DNA of 64,000 nt, taken from an uncultured Gemmatimonadales bacterium (lineage in GTDB: Bacteria; Gemmatimonadota; Gemmatimonadetes; Gemmatimonadales; GWC2-71-9). The notes under the pieces are model-generated. The model worked only from the letters and a program-made list of their open reading frames with translations. It ran no database searches and was not told the DNA's origin. The stretch covers positions 308,853-372,852 of the forward strand of contig CAWJIM010000021.1 of the NCBI GenBank assembly GCA_963842945.1, in the 5' to 3' direction. Below are positions 30,627 through 42,308 of the stretch, piece after piece. The number at the start of each line of letters is the position of its first letter. The first letter of the stretch is position 1. The position numbers were made by a program, and so were the translations under genes.

Positions 30627-31611
30627 TCACCGGAAGTACGGCGCGACGTTTCGGGCAATTCGGTCGAGCTCCTCCGGGGTGAGCGGTAGCCGGCGAATCG
30701 CCGCCCATCCCTCCCGCGGCCGGAGGTTCCCACCGACAGCCGCATCCGAGCCATACAGGACACGGTCCACTCCGACCCGGCGAATTCGCTGCACCATCAG
30801 CGCCGCCTGGGCGGCGCTGATGCTCGAGTCCATGATTCCGGCCACGTCGAACCAGAGATGGCCGGTCCGCGGATCCTTCCGGTGCACCGCCTCGGCCAGG
30901 AAGGCCATGACGCTGTCGGCCGGAGGATCGTCGTAGCCGGGACCGGTACCGGCGAGATGGGCCACCTGCACCGGAACATCGGGAGCCTCGGGCAGGAGCT
31001 GCTCCAGAAAGGCGCGGGCCTGGGTGGGCCCGTAAGGGCGCTTGCGGGAGATGGACGCCCGCATGTGCAGCACGATGGCCATGCGGTGCTGGTTGGCCGC
31101 CCGGAACACCTGGCGGAGCCGCGCGACGTGATCGGGATTCTCCAGCTGCACGTCCGAGTTCCCCAGGTGAAGCTTGATCCCGCGGTTGAGACCCGGGGTT
31201 CTGGCGCAGCGGGCTAGCTCGTCCAGCGCGTAGTCCTTGAGCGGATTGAAGCTGCAGAAGGCGATCAGCCGGTCGGGGTACTCGGCGGCCTGCCCGGCGG
31301 TCCAGTCGTTCTCCGCCCGCACCTTGGCGTACTCGTCCTCGACCGTCCGCTGTGGACTCCCGTACATGTACGCCACCGAGAGTATCACCGCGCGCCGGAT
31401 GTGAGCGGAGTCGAGCAGGGGGACCACGTCCCGGGCAGTGAGCGCCGGGGGAGCGTCGGGCCCTCCGCCGCCGAGCATTGTCACCGCGGCCGGACTGAAG
31501 AGGTGCTGATGGTGGTCCGCTACCGGCGCCTGCTGGGCAGCGATGGAAGGTCGCGCGGAGCATCGCAGCCAGGAGCGCGAGGCGGACCCGCGGCCTGAGG
31601 CCCCGCCTCAC
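30627..31611 (-). CDS. Amidohydrolase_2 family protein (frameshift in the signal region)
   Basis: DHHQH, GIKLH, VLH, QVAHLAG, LYGSD. Confidence 0.8.
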
Positions 31612-32895
31612 TCCACGAAGGTGGCGCATCCGCTCTCGTCGGTGATCACCGCCAGACCTCCGGAGAAGCCGAACGCGATCCGGCGGGGGACGCGGCCGCA
31701 GCTGTTGATCGTCCGGGCGATCGTTTTCGAGGCGGCGTCGATCACCTGGATCAATCCGGGATCGCTGCTGGTGATGACTCCGACATATACGGTCGAGCCA
31801 TCGGGCGACATGGCCAGCCCGAAGGGGCCGCCGATGCTGGTCGTTGCGCCCGAGGGAATGGACGCTTCCACGACGTTGCGCACCAGGTTCAACACGTTGA
31901 TCGCTCCCGAGCCGGCTTCATCGGCGACAAACAGCTCGTTCCCGTCGGGCGAGAGCGCGAGACCCTGGGGCTCGCCCCCCACGATCAGCAGGCGGGCCAC
32001 CGACTGGGACGCGACGTCGATCTCGGAGATGGTGCCGGTGGTGAACGAGCTGGCGTAGAGCAGCGTGCCGCCGGAATTGAATGCCAGGTGGTTCGCCCGG
32101 CTGTCGGACACTCCCAGATCGATGGAGCCGGTCACGGTGGACGAGGCGACGTCGAACACCAGCACCCGTCCGTCGTTGGTGCCGAGATAGGCGGTCTGGC
32201 TGTCGGGCGCAGTGATCGCGGAGAATGCCGGCACATCGAGCGTGCACCTGGGTCAGGACCTTCTCGGTGGCAAGGTCGATCACGCTCGCATCGTTGGTGT
32301 CGGGTCCCGACGGCGTCACCAGAGCGGTGCCGTGCCCCAGCAGCGCAATCGAGGTCGGCGTGCCACCGCCCAGGTCTCCGGTGGTGAAGTCACTGACCGG
32401 ATAGAGACTGGAGGCCACTCTCCCGCTGTTGGTCTGCGAGATGAAGATGTGGCCCTCGGCATCTACCGCTACGCCGAAGGGGCCGTCGCCCTGACCGTCC
32501 CCGGGCAGCCGGGCCGTTCTGGTGGTGGTGCCGAGCGGGTGGCCCGAGCCCAGACCGCTGTAGGGGATCACCGTGAGCAGTTCACCGCCGCTGACTCTGA
32601 TCTCCGCCGGGCCTGCGCCGATGTACGTCACCAGGCCGCTGCCGGAGACCGAGGCTCGGCGCGGATCGCTGGAGACGAAACTCAGCTCGACTCCGGGAAC
32701 CTCCCCGCCGCTCTCGTCGAGGACCTTGGCCGAGAGCTGCCGGGACATTCCGAGTCCCATGACCAGTGTGTCGGGGGTGACGTCGAGCGTGTGTGCGGGA
32801 GCCGCCGGGGAGGTCAGCTCATCGGAACCGCAGCCCGTCGAAGCGAGAGCGAGAGGGATTGTGAGTAAGCAGATCAGGCGGCGGAGGTCGTTCAT
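31608..32895 (-). CDS. Lipoprotein with Ig-like (Big_2) domain and YncE-like beta-propeller (frameshift near 32240)
   Basis: STG-C lipobox; FVSSDP..ASVSGSGLVT; repeated PxGLAxSPDG and IDxAS blades. Confidence 0.75.
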
Positions 32896-33078
32896 TCTAT
32901 ACCCGGATCTCTGGCGACCGAGGGGCCGCATCAGCTTCAGCGATTAACCGAATCTAGGCTCAAAAATGAGAACCCGGGAGTTCCAGAATGGGGAGATCAG
33001 GCGGCCAGCTTGGTACTGGCAACAACGACTTCATGCGGGTCTTAATACCCTTCAAGATTTTGGAGCCTCGCTAATCGC

Positions 33079-33957
33079 TCAGGAACGGGCCCGATTCATC
33101 AGCCAGGCGCCGCCCACACAAACCGCAGCTCCCAATATGGACAGCGCGGCCACGTGCTCGTGCCGCACCAGGACGCCGAGCACGAGCGCCACCGGCGGAA
33201 TGAGGAACGCGGCGGAGGAAGCGCGGGCCGATCCGACCCGTCCCGCCGCGATGGTAATTATTACGAACGCGACCCCGGTCCCGAGCACGCCCAGCGCCAG
33301 CAAGGCGAGCACCGGCCCGGTGGCCCAGTGCGCGTGCAGGAGATCGGAAAGTCCCAGTGGAGCTGTGAGCACCAGGGCCGCGGCCTGGGCCCGCCAGACG
33401 ATCGGTAACGCGCCGTTCCGCTGCTGAAGCGGTCGCGCGAGATTGATGGCGAATCCATAGGAAATCAGTGCGGCCAATATCAGCAGCACCCCCAGCACGC
33501 TGCTCCGGCCCTCGTGCAGCGCCGGCCAAGCCATCAGCACTGCTCCGCTCATTCCAACCGCCAGACCGCCCACAACTCCGCGCGAGGGAAGTCGTCGAGC
33601 CACAACCGCCGCGACCATGACGGCGAACAACGGCACTGCAGCGTTCAACATTCCAGTGAGCGCCGAGGAGACCCGCTCTTCGGCGAAGGGAAACATGCTG
33701 AGCGGAAACGCCATCCAGACGAGCCCAAGCAGCGCCGTCCCGCCGCGATCCGCCTTTGCCACCGGTCGCCGCGCCGCCGGAACCAGCGCGAGCGTCAGAA
33801 AGCCGACCAGAATTCGCGCGAAGGTCACACCTTTCGGCCCAACCGATTGCAAACCTTCGGCAATAAATAGAAATGACGCGCCCCAGATAATCCCCGGCAG
33901 GGTAACCAGCAGCCAGTCTGTGCTGCCCTGAGCGGCGGGAGGGGCCGTGCTCGCCAT
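33079..33957 (-). CDS. DMT/EamA family transporter
   Basis: IWGASFLF, GMLNAAVPLF, LGTGVAF, about 10 TM helices. Confidence 0.9.
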   Translation of the reverse strand: MASTAPPAAQGSTDWLLVTLPGIIWGASFLFIAEGLQSVGPKGVTFARILVGFLTLALVPAARRPVAKADRGGTALLGLVWMAFPLSMFPFAEERVSSALTGMLNAAVPLFAVMVAAVVARRLPSRGVVGGLAVGMSGAVLMAWPALHEGRSSVLGVLLILAALISYGFAINLARPLQQRNGALPIVWRAQAAALVLTAPLGLSDLLHAHWATGPVLALLALGVLGTGVAFVIITIAAGRVGSARASSAAFLIPPVALVLGVLVRHEHVAALSILGAAVCVGGAWLMNRARS

Positions 33958-34101
33958 AGTCGGCGTTTCCGAATCGACGGAGGGGTTGGTAGGGCTTCAG
34001 GTAGCGTGGGCTCCGCACACCCAGTCCGAATCTTGGCAAGCCGCATTTGATTAACGGCAGGTGACTTCCGGTGGCCCGTGTGGATTCCGGTGGCCCTGGC
34101 C

Positions 34102-34660
34102 TTAGTGGCTGCTGGCGTTGGGATCGGGCTGGAACGTCACAAAGCCGCCGAGGGTCCAGGTCACTCCGCCATCCCGTGAGCGCTCGATCAATTGTTCGTA
34201 GCCGGCCTTACGCGGGACGCCAGGTAAGGCGCACCTGAATCGGGACACCTTTATCCAGGCGGGTCCGGAAGAAGCGCCATTCGGCGGCATCCCGTCGTCC
34301 CTCGTAGACCTGGGAGTTCAGCTGGTCATCGACATAGTGCACCATCCAGCGCTGAGTGGAAGCATCGTACGCCCGTATGACCTTCGCGGTGAAGAGCACC
34401 TGATCGTCTTTGATCGCTTCCCAGTGCTCCTCCAAGGCACAACGACCAAACAGCGACTGACTGTGCACCTTCATCAGGGCATCCAACACGGTATCCCGGC
34501 CGGAGACACTATAGCTGCGACCCTGCCAGTGGCCTTGAAGGAACGCGACAGTCTTGGCCAGGGAGTCGGCACACGCGGGCGGGGCTGAGGCTTGGGCGTG
34601 GGCTGCGCCGCCGACACTGGAGAGTAGCGTGGGGAGAAGAAACATTAGCGGGGGACGCAT
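34102..34660 (-). CDS. Hypothetical secreted protein (DUF1579-like), frameshift near 34215
   Basis: FLQGHWQG, YDASTQRW, ERSRDGGVTW. Confidence 0.6.
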
Positions 34661-34799
34661 AGGAACTCGTGGAAGGGCTTTTCACCTCTACGGTCTGGCG
34701 TGAAATGAAGTTTCGTGGGCTCCATGACCTAAGAGGGTCTTTCCCATTGGCGAGCCCCGGTGCGATCTTCTCCCAAGGTCATCAGCCCGTAGGAGCAGC

Positions 34800-35072
34800 A
34801 TGACAGAGAAGTCTCTCAGGACACTGGTCGCCGGACTCCGCGCGGAACTCGCCCAGGCACACGACCTCGATGCCGATGCCCGGGAGGCGTTGCACAACCT
34901 GGCTGAGGAGGTCGAGGCGTTGCTTCTACGTCCGGCCGCAGGCTCTCAGCCGGCGGAACCCCCACTGCGCGATCGTCTGGCTGATCGCGTGACAGAGTTG
35001 GAAGCGTCACACCCGGCCCTCTCCAGGACGGTCGGCAACATCGTCGACACTCTGGCCTTCTACAACCTGTAG
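34800..35072 (+). CDS. DUF4404-like small protein
   Basis: AGGAG RBS; helical, C-terminal LEASHP...IVDTLA. Confidence 0.7.
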   Translation: MTEKSLRTLVAGLRAELAQAHDLDADAREALHNLAEEVEALLLRPAAGSQPAEPPLRDRLADRVTELEASHPALSRTVGNIVDTLAFYNL

Positions 35073-35089
35073 CGACGCGCCTGAGCTGA

Positions 35090-35400
35090 GACGAGGAGGT
35101 ACGCCGCCGGTGACGATCAGATTGGCGCCGCTGATGTAGCTGGCCAGGTCGGATGCCAGGAACAACACCGCTTTGGCGATCTCGTCAGCATGGCCCGAGC
35201 GGCCAGCGGCATCCGGGTGGTCAGCATCTGGGCGAAGGCCCCGCTATTCACGCTGGCCTGCAATTGTTCCCGGCCTTGCCCATCGGCGTGTCGGATGCGC
35301 CGAACGTGCCGCGGCGTCGGTAGACAGCAGGTTGATGATGCAGCCGCCGTGACCGGCGCTAATCATCGACCTGGCCGCGAATTGGGCAAGGCGTTGCGCC
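35090..35400 (-). pseudogene. Internally deleted SDR remnant
   Basis: Minus-strand fragments GGCIINLLST and EIAKAVLFLASDLASYISGANLIVTGG without an intact ORF. Confidence 0.6.
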
Positions 35401-35411
35401 GCCTCGATCGG

Positions 35412-35852
35412 TTACTTGAAGATCAGCTCTCGCAGCTGGCGGTTGCCGACGATGTCCCGCATCTCGCTGCGTTTCGCCATCGCCTCCTCGGACTTGTCCA
35501 AGGACCCGTACACCTGCCGGGTGATTGGGTCCACCCGATCGCGAAGGTTGTCCAGCGCCGCCATGTTCTTGTAGTCCGTCGTGAGGACGATGTTCCAGTC
35601 GTTCTCGTCCCGGTTATCCGATTGGTACGCTGCCCAGCCGGTGATCACCCCCGCCTTCTTCTGCGCCTCCATCTGCTGCTTGTAGGGCCCGGCCAGGAAC
35701 GTCATGTACTCGTCGAAGTGGCCCGGTTTCACCCGGATGTACTGTACCTCCCTGACGCCACCATCGGTGTAGGGGCGCGATGTCTGTTGCGCGGCGGCGG
35801 GCACTGACAGCACGAGGGCAACGCCAAACAGGGACAGCGAACGATAGCGCAT
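35412..35852 (-). CDS. Hypothetical secreted protein
   Basis: GGAGG RBS, signal peptide AAA-QQ, IRVKPG motif. Confidence 0.75.
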   Translation of the reverse strand: MRYRSLSLFGVALVLSVPAAAQQTSRPYTDGGVREVQYIRVKPGHFDEYMTFLAGPYKQQMEAQKKAGVITGWAAYQSDNRDENDWNIVLTTDYKNMAALDNLRDRVDPITRQVYGSLDKSEEAMAKRSEMRDIVGNRQLRELIFK

Positions 35853-36122
35853 GACTTACCTCCGGAGGGAGCTGCGTGAAGAGACCGGTTTCGACCGCGG
35901 GCGTACGCCGTTGCGGCTTTGGATGGTGACGTGGTGCCGAGACTTACAGGCTGGTACCGGCGCGGTCAATGAGACGACGAGATCAGCGGCTGGCTGCTGT
36001 CCTGCCTTGCCGCAGTAACGTTTGGCGCATACCCTCAAAGACCGGTGGCGGTCTCTCCCCTGGAAAGACAGCGCGTATACCAGTTGCCGCGATCCGCGGT
36101 CGCGGATCCGCATTGCCAACCA

Positions 36123-38002
36123 ATGGCCAGGATGATGTGCATGCGTTTGATTCGGCGCGGTATGGTCCTCGGTGCCGTCATGATCTGCTCCGCCACTGCA
36201 CCCTTGACGCGCAGTCGGTGCAGGCGTCGAAGAAGATCCTGATGCTGTACTCGTACGACCCCAACGCCCCCGGGACCGTGGCGTTCGCGGAGCAGTTGAA
36301 GGCCGTGGTGAGTGAGCAGTTTCCTGACCGCGCCGAGATCTATGACGAGTATCTGGACACGAACCGCTTCCCGGGTCGAGACCGCTCCCTGGAGTTCGCC
36401 CGCTACTTTGCCGCGAAGTATCAGGGGTTCAGACCCGACGCCATCGTGGCCCAGGGGACGCCGGCACTGCGATTCGCTACGGAGCGGCTGAGTAGCCTGT
36501 TTCCGGGCGTACCGATCGTGTATGGGCAGGCCTTTGAACCGGGCCTGGATTTCTCCGCCCTCCCCGAAATGTCACCGGCCGGCGACAGCCGTTGCCGTTC
36601 GTCTCGACCTACTCACTGGCGCGGGCGCTCCAGCCGGATGCGAAGCGGGTGGTCGTGGTAACCGGCGCTGCGCCGATGGACTCCCTCCTTCTCTCCGTGG
36701 CGCTGCGCGAGATCACCCCGCGCTTGAACGGAATGGAGTTGAAGGTGCTGCGGGATTGGTCCTATGAATCCCTGATCGACAGTCTCCGTCACATCCCGCC
36801 TCGAACGTTAGTGATCTTCTCGTCCTTCTCGAAGGACCAGTACGGACGAAAGATCTATGTCGGGGACCTCATCGCCAGCCTCACCCGCCTGGCCTCCGCT
36901 CCGGTGTACGGGATCGCCCGCAACTGGGTCGGAAACGGAATCGTGGGTGGCGCGGTGATGCAGTTTGCGGACGACGGCAGGCGTACGGGCGGCCTCCTCG
37001 TGCGGGTCCTTCGGCGGGCTCCGGGTCAGCCGATGCCCCCACGGGAGGTGGCCCCCACCCCGCTTGTCGTCGATTGGCGGGAGTTGCAGCGCTGGGGCTT
37101 GTCCGAAGACCGCCTTCCGCCGAACACCGAGGTCCTCTTCCGCACGCCGTCGCCCTGGGAGCGCAACCGGACGACGGTCCTGGCGACTCTCGGCGTCCTT
37201 CTGCTGCAGTCGGCGTTGATCCTGTGGCTCTTTGTCGAGCGCCGCGGGCGCCGCCGGAGCCAGGCCGCGCTCCGGAAGAGAGCGAGCAGCGAGCTCGCGC
37301 ACCTGGGGCGCGTCGCGCTGGTGGGCGAGCTATCGACCGCACTGGCCCATGAGATGAAGCAGCCCCTCGCAGCAATCATGGCAAACGTGAGCGTCGGCCA
37401 GCGTCTCCTGCAAGCCGACGGTGCCGCGACGGCTGAGCTGCGCGCGATCCTCGAGGACATCGCTGCGGACGACCGGCGCGCGAGGGATGTGATCGACCAC
37501 TTGCGCGACCTCGTCAAGAAGAATGGGACCACAGCGCATCTGCTGTCGACGAACGCGGTCGTCAGCCAGGTGCTCGCGTTGGTGCGCTCCGATCTACAGC
37601 GTCGTGGCGTGGTGGTCAGCACCCGGTTCTGTGAGCCCGCGCCGCTGGTCCTGGGGAGACCGCGTGGAGTTACAGCAGGTGGTCTTGAACCTGGTGATGA
37701 ACGCATGCGATGCGATGAGTGACACGCCTCCTGGCGAGCGCCTGCTGGTCGTCTCCACCACGGCGCAGGGTGGCGCGCGAATCGAGGTGCGCGACCGGGG
37801 AAGCGGGATCGCTCCCGATGCCCTGGCAAAAATCTTCGAGCCGTTCGTGACCACGAAGCACGACGGGCTGGGACTGGGGCTCGCGATCTGTCGCTCGATC
37901 GTAACGGCCCACGGCGGAGACATATCGGCGAGAAACAATCCTGAACGCGGAGCCACATTTACCGTCTCCTTTCCGCTCACGCCGCCGCCCCCCCGATGTT
38001 GA
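36123..38002 (+). CDS. Sensor histidine kinase with periplasmic ABC-substrate-binding-like domain (about 3 frameshifts)
   Basis: LAHEMKQPL H-box, NLVMNACDAM, DRGSG, FEPFVTTK, GLGLGLAIC; pieces in ORFs 35969, 36592 and 37523. Confidence 0.8.
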
Positions 38003-38105
38003 TTCCCACCTTGGCTCATCTTAAGTCCTGAACGCTGAGGTCTTGGTCCTCACTGCGATGCTTCAGCCGCCCCGTCTTTCCCAAGAACGCCAGACAAGGA
38101 CCTTA

Positions 38106-38954
38106 ATGAGACCAACGGCACGCGTCCGGCATAATCCTGTGCTCAGGACAGCGGCAAAACTCTGCCGTCAATATCTCAAATGGTTCGGCAACGCGAGCTA
38201 TAAGCCGGCCCGGAATGGTGAGCGCTGGCTGCTGGAGAGCCTTCGCGCGGAACCGATTCATACCGTGCTGGATGTGGGGGCCAACGTGGGCAACTGGTCT
38301 CTCATGGCCACGGAGCTCCTCCCGCAGGCGACCATCTACGCCCTGGAAGTCGTCCCCAATACCGCGGCAACGCTTCGAGAGCGGGTAGCAGGACACGACC
38401 GAATCAAGCCTTTCTCTCTCGGGCTTGCGGCCGAGACGGGAACCTTGTCTTTGCAGTACAATAAAGTTGCGAGCACTCACGCAACCTTCACTGATTATCC
38501 CCACAGCTGGGCAGGAGACCGGATCGACTGCCCGGTCATGCAGGGCGACGAGTTCTTGGCCAAGGAGGGGATAGGCCGGGTGGATTTTCTGAAGATCGAC
38601 GTGGAGGGCGCCGAGCATCTGGTGCTGCAAGGACTGGAAGAGTCATTGCGGAAGGGACGGATCCGCTTCGTGCAGTTCGAGTACGGGCTGGTCAACATCC
38701 TGACCCATTTTCTTCTGCGGGATTTCTATGAATTGTTCCGGGGATATGGCTATGCGGTGGGAAAGATCTACCCCGATTACGTGGAGTTCCGAGAGTACGA
38801 TCTGAGGGACGATGACTTTCTGGGACCGAATTACCTGGCCTGCCGGCTCGACGACAAGGCGTTACACCATCTCGCTGGACGACAGGTCAAACTCCCTGGT
38901 CAATTCCCCAGCCCCCACTCCGTTCCTCGGGTGAGAGATTTGGCCGATACATGA
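38106..38954 (+). CDS. FkbM family methyltransferase
   Basis: LDVGANVG, LKIDVEGAE, QFEYG. Confidence 0.9.
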   Translation: MRPTARVRHNPVLRTAAKLCRQYLKWFGNASYKPARNGERWLLESLRAEPIHTVLDVGANVGNWSLMATELLPQATIYALEVVPNTAATLRERVAGHDRIKPFSLGLAAETGTLSLQYNKVASTHATFTDYPHSWAGDRIDCPVMQGDEFLAKEGIGRVDFLKIDVEGAEHLVLQGLEESLRKGRIRFVQFEYGLVNILTHFLLRDFYELFRGYGYAVGKIYPDYVEFREYDLRDDDFLGPNYLACRLDDKALHHLAGRQVKLPGQFPSPHSVPRVRDLADT

Positions 38955-39270
38955 TGACCCGGGCCCGCTCGAGGGTGATGAGGCCGCCACCGATCATACT
39001 GTCCAGCTCCGGAAGGATTGACTGGATCTTCTCCTCGGTCTCCACCACCTCGATCACCATCGGCAGGTCCAGAGAAAGCACTTCGATCCGGTCGGTGCGT
39101 ACCCTCGCGCTGGCGCCGAAGCCTGTCATGGCCCTGAAGACGGTGGCCCCAGCGTATTGTCGTTCTCGCAGGAGATCCACAATGGCCTTGTAGAGTGGCC
39201 TTCCTTTCCACTTATCCGATTCGCCCACGTGGATGCGCATCAGTGTGCGCTCTCCCTTGAAACCGTGCAT
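38887..39270 (-). CDS. DUF190 family protein (PII-like, crcB-associated)
   Basis: GESDKWKG.PLY, AGATVFR...GFG, LSLDLP, GGLITLE. Confidence 0.9.
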   Translation of the reverse strand: MHGFKGERTLMRIHVGESDKWKGRPLYKAIVDLLRERQYAGATVFRAMTGFGASARVRTDRIEVLSLDLPMVIEVVETEEKIQSILPELDSMIGGGLITLERARVIMYRPNLSPEERSGGWGIDQGV

Positions 39271-39279
39271 GGCCACCTC

Positions 39280-39669
39280 CTAGGCTGGGTGCCGAAGATC
39301 GAGCAACAGCCGGGCCCCTGCCAAACCGATCATCGTTGCGCCCAGCGACCCGAGCACACTGAGCACCACGTAGAGCGCGGCGCGACGCCAGTCCGCATCT
39401 TGAATGAGAGCCACGGTCTCATAGCAGAAGGTGGAGAACGTGGTGTAGCCGCCGCAGAGCCCGGTGGTGAGCAGCGCCCTGATCTCCGGGCTGATTACGG
39501 ATGTTTGGAGCACGTATCCGGCGAGGAAACCGAGGAGCAGACAGCCGGTGAGATTGACCAGCAGGGTGCCGATTGGAAAATCCAGACCGCTCCGGCTCTG
39601 AACCGTCAGGCCGACTAGGTATCGGGCCACGCTCCCAACAGCCCCGCCCAGTGCGACGTACCAAACCAT
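39280..39669 (-). CDS. crcB: Fluoride channel Fluc/CrcB
   Basis: GGAVGSVARY, FPIGTLLVN, GLCGGYTTFSTF. Confidence 0.95.
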   Translation of the reverse strand: MVWYVALGGAVGSVARYLVGLTVQSRSGLDFPIGTLLVNLTGCLLLGFLAGYVLQTSVISPEIRALLTTGLCGGYTTFSTFCYETVALIQDADWRRAALYVVLSVLGSLGATMIGLAGARLLLDLRHPA

Positions 39670-39729
39670 TTTTGCGGCCTCCGTATTGGGCGCAGCGGGC
39701 ATACAAAAGCCCCTACGCCAGGACACTCA

Positions 39730-39787
39730 CGTAGGAGCTATCAGCCGGACCACGACACGGCGGTTCAGGGGTGAGCCCCATCACCCG
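39730..39787 (-). ncRNA. Fluoride riboswitch (crcB motif)
   Basis: Minus strand GGTGATGGGGCTCACC...AACCGCCG...CGGCTGATAGCTCCTAC directly upstream of crcB. Confidence 0.9.
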
Positions 39788-39822
39788 ATCTTACTTCCAA
39801 CCTAGCTCCGTGCGAGCGGCTG

Positions 39823-40284
39823 TCAAATCAGCAGGGACCAATCGATCAGCTCCCTCGCGCCTGCCGTCGCGCGGCAAGCATAATCCACACTGAATGGCCC
39901 CGCCCCGGTGGCCGCAAGGTAGAGGTAGATGAAGCAGTAGAGCACGGTGTGCTCACCGCCGTTCAGAATTGGCCAGAAGTTACGGGGCGCGTGGGCCGTG
40001 AAGTACGCCACCGCCATCTCGCCCGCGAGCAGGAACGCCACCGGACGGGTGAGGAGGCCGAGGACGATGAGGAGCCCGCCGAAGGTCTCGAGCACGCCGG
40101 CAAACCAGAACTGGGAGAACATGGGCGGCGGGCCGTGCCAGGGCTGGGACGGGTCCACCAGCAGTCCGAAGAGCTTCTGGAGCCCGTGTTCCATGAAGAG
40201 TGCGCCGGTGATCACCCGCAGCAGCGCATGCGCTGCGCCGGGTATCCACGCAGGCGTACGGGTGCCCATCCTGGTACTGGTCAT
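39823..40284 (-). CDS. DoxX family membrane protein
   Basis: LLRVITG.LF.EHGLQKLFG, GEMAVAYF..HAP, PILNGGE, GAGPFSVD. Confidence 0.9.
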   Translation of the reverse strand: MTSTRMGTRTPAWIPGAAHALLRVITGALFMEHGLQKLFGLLVDPSQPWHGPPPMFSQFWFAGVLETFGGLLIVLGLLTRPVAFLLAGEMAVAYFTAHAPRNFWPILNGGEHTVLYCFIYLYLAATGAGPFSVDYACRATAGARELIDWSLLI

Positions 40285-40556
40285 CCTGAATTCTCCGTTA
40301 AGGTATCCTGCCCCTGGCTTTCCTTCCCTTCTACGACAGGCCGGCGGGTCGATGAAAGGTGTAGCCCAAACGATAGTCTCTCCCCACCGATCACCAAACC
40401 CTCATTCAGGACTGAACTAGTTTCTGGTCAATGAACGTGTACAGCTTTGACACGACGCAGGCCACACGGCAAGATCGTGCTTCGTGTGGCCTAGACACCT
40501 TCAACGAGTGACACGGCCATGAGGCCGATGATGCCAGACCACCGCGGGAGCTCTTT

Positions 40557-41159
40557 ATGCGCAAGGCGCCGATGACCCCAAAACGGTGCTCCTGGGTCCG
40601 CGGGGATGATCCCCTGATGCTCCGATATCACGATCGCGAATGGGGTGTCCCAGTCCACGAGGACCGGACGCACTTCGAATTTCTTGTGCTCGAAGGCGCG
40701 CAGGCCGGATTGAGCTGGGCGATCGTCCTGAAGAAGCGGGAAGGTTATCGGCGCGCTTTCGCAGGGTTCGATCCCGAGAAAGTCGCGCGATTCTCGGCCC
40801 GACGAATGGAGAAGCTCGCGTCCGATTCGGCGATCATTCGCAACCGGATGAAAATCAAAGCGGCCGTGCGGAACGCACGCGCATTTCTCACCATCCAGGA
40901 AGAGTTCGGAAGCTTCGACTCCTATTGCTGGCGTTTCGTTGGCGGACGTCCGAAGGTGAACCGGTGGAAGACCATAGGGCAGATCCCGGCAACGTCAGCC
41001 GAATCTGATGCCTTCAGCAAGGACCTGAAGCAGCGCGGATTCAGCTTCGTTGGCTCGACGGTCGTCTATGCCCACATGCAGGCCGTCGGAATGGTAAACG
41101 ATCACCTCGTCGATTGTTTCCGGTATCGGGAGATCCGACAGGATTTGAAGAGATCGTGA
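40557..41159 (+). CDS. tag: DNA-3-methyladenine glycosylase I
   Basis: RCSW, YHDREWG, LEGAQAGLSW, IIRNRMKI, MQAVGMVNDHLVDC. Confidence 0.95.
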   Translation: MRKAPMTPKRCSWVRGDDPLMLRYHDREWGVPVHEDRTHFEFLVLEGAQAGLSWAIVLKKREGYRRAFAGFDPEKVARFSARRMEKLASDSAIIRNRMKIKAAVRNARAFLTIQEEFGSFDSYCWRFVGGRPKVNRWKTIGQIPATSAESDAFSKDLKQRGFSFVGSTVVYAHMQAVGMVNDHLVDCFRYREIRQDLKRS

Positions 41160-41197
41160 GAAGTTGATGAAGCGACCTCCGTGTGTCGAAGGGAAAT

Positions 41198-41782
41198 CTA
41201 GGGGTGCGCGTGCGCGACTCTCTGCTCGATTCGCCGATCCGGGATCAGCCACATGAGCGCGCCCGCCCCATACACCACTCCGGCAATCCACGGACGCAGA
41301 AAGGCGAGCGCAATCCCCAGGGCATAGAGCAGCAGAGAGACTCTGCCCTTCCGATCCTTGCCCACCGCCGCCGCCAGCATCGAGTGCGGCCCCTCTCGGA
41401 CGAGGATGGCCCGTTGGAGCAGCAAATACGCGCAGGCGGCGAGCAGCAGAATCACTCCATACAACGCCGTCGGGAGGGCCGCGAATCGATTTTCGCCCAT
41501 CCAGCCACTGGCGAAGGGGATCAACGACAGCCAGAACAGCAGGTGCAGGTTGGCCCAGAGGATGCCGCCGCTCACTTCGTGGGCAACACTCAGCAGGTGA
41601 TGGTGACCGTTCCAGTAGATGCCGAGATAGACGAAGCTCAGCACGTAGCTCAGGAAGACCGGAAGCAAGGTGCTCAGAGCCGCGAGGTCGACCCCATGGG
41701 GAACCTTCAGCTCCAGCACCATGATGGTCATGATGATCGCGAATACCGCGTCGCTGAACGCTTCCATCCGGGCCTTGCTCAT
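41198..41782 (-). CDS. TMEM175 family K+ channel
   Basis: RMEAFSDAVFAIIMTIMVLEL, W..HH, WLIPDRRIE. Confidence 0.9.
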   Translation of the reverse strand: MSKARMEAFSDAVFAIIMTIMVLELKVPHGVDLAALSTLLPVFLSYVLSFVYLGIYWNGHHHLLSVAHEVSGGILWANLHLLFWLSLIPFASGWMGENRFAALPTALYGVILLLAACAYLLLQRAILVREGPHSMLAAAVGKDRKGRVSLLLYALGIALAFLRPWIAGVVYGAGALMWLIPDRRIEQRVAHAHP

Positions 41783-41803
41783 CACTCCGCTCCGCGACAT
41801 TGC

Positions 41804-42229
41804 TTATTGAGCCGGCACCAGCACCGGGGCGCCTTGTGTTCTTCAACAGCAGCACCAGAAACTTGGCCGGCTTGGTGCTGCTGGCGTTCCGGCCGACGAC
41901 ATGGACATCGTCCGGCCCCTCATAGAACGTCTGCCCCGGCTGTCAGCGTCACCGGCTTTCCTCCCTTCAGCTGCATCACGATCGACCCCTCCAGTACATA
42001 GACGAACGCGTGCGCATTGTGCCGGTGGGCGGCGTCTTTGCTGCCAGGCGGGTACTCCACCGTGATCATCAGCGCCTCCTTCCCCGGCATGTCCGGCCAG
42101 CTCCTTCGTCATCAGCGGCGTGACCACGGCCTCCTGGGCGATCAGCCGACCGCCGAAGGGAGACAGGAGGACGGCCACCAGCACTGCTTTGCGGATACTC
42201 ACGCTCCGCTTCGTGTTGTCATTCGTCAT
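41804..42229 (-). CDS. Secreted cupin domain protein (frameshifted)
   Basis: Reconstructed MITVEYPPG...HRHNAHAFVYVLEG...FYEGPDDVH. Confidence 0.75.
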
Positions 42230-42308
42230 GGGGCAAATCACTCCTTATAAAGAGGCAACCGGCCCGACGTGACCGCGGTGCTAGCCGCGTCGCGCCGGAA
42301 CATTGTCG

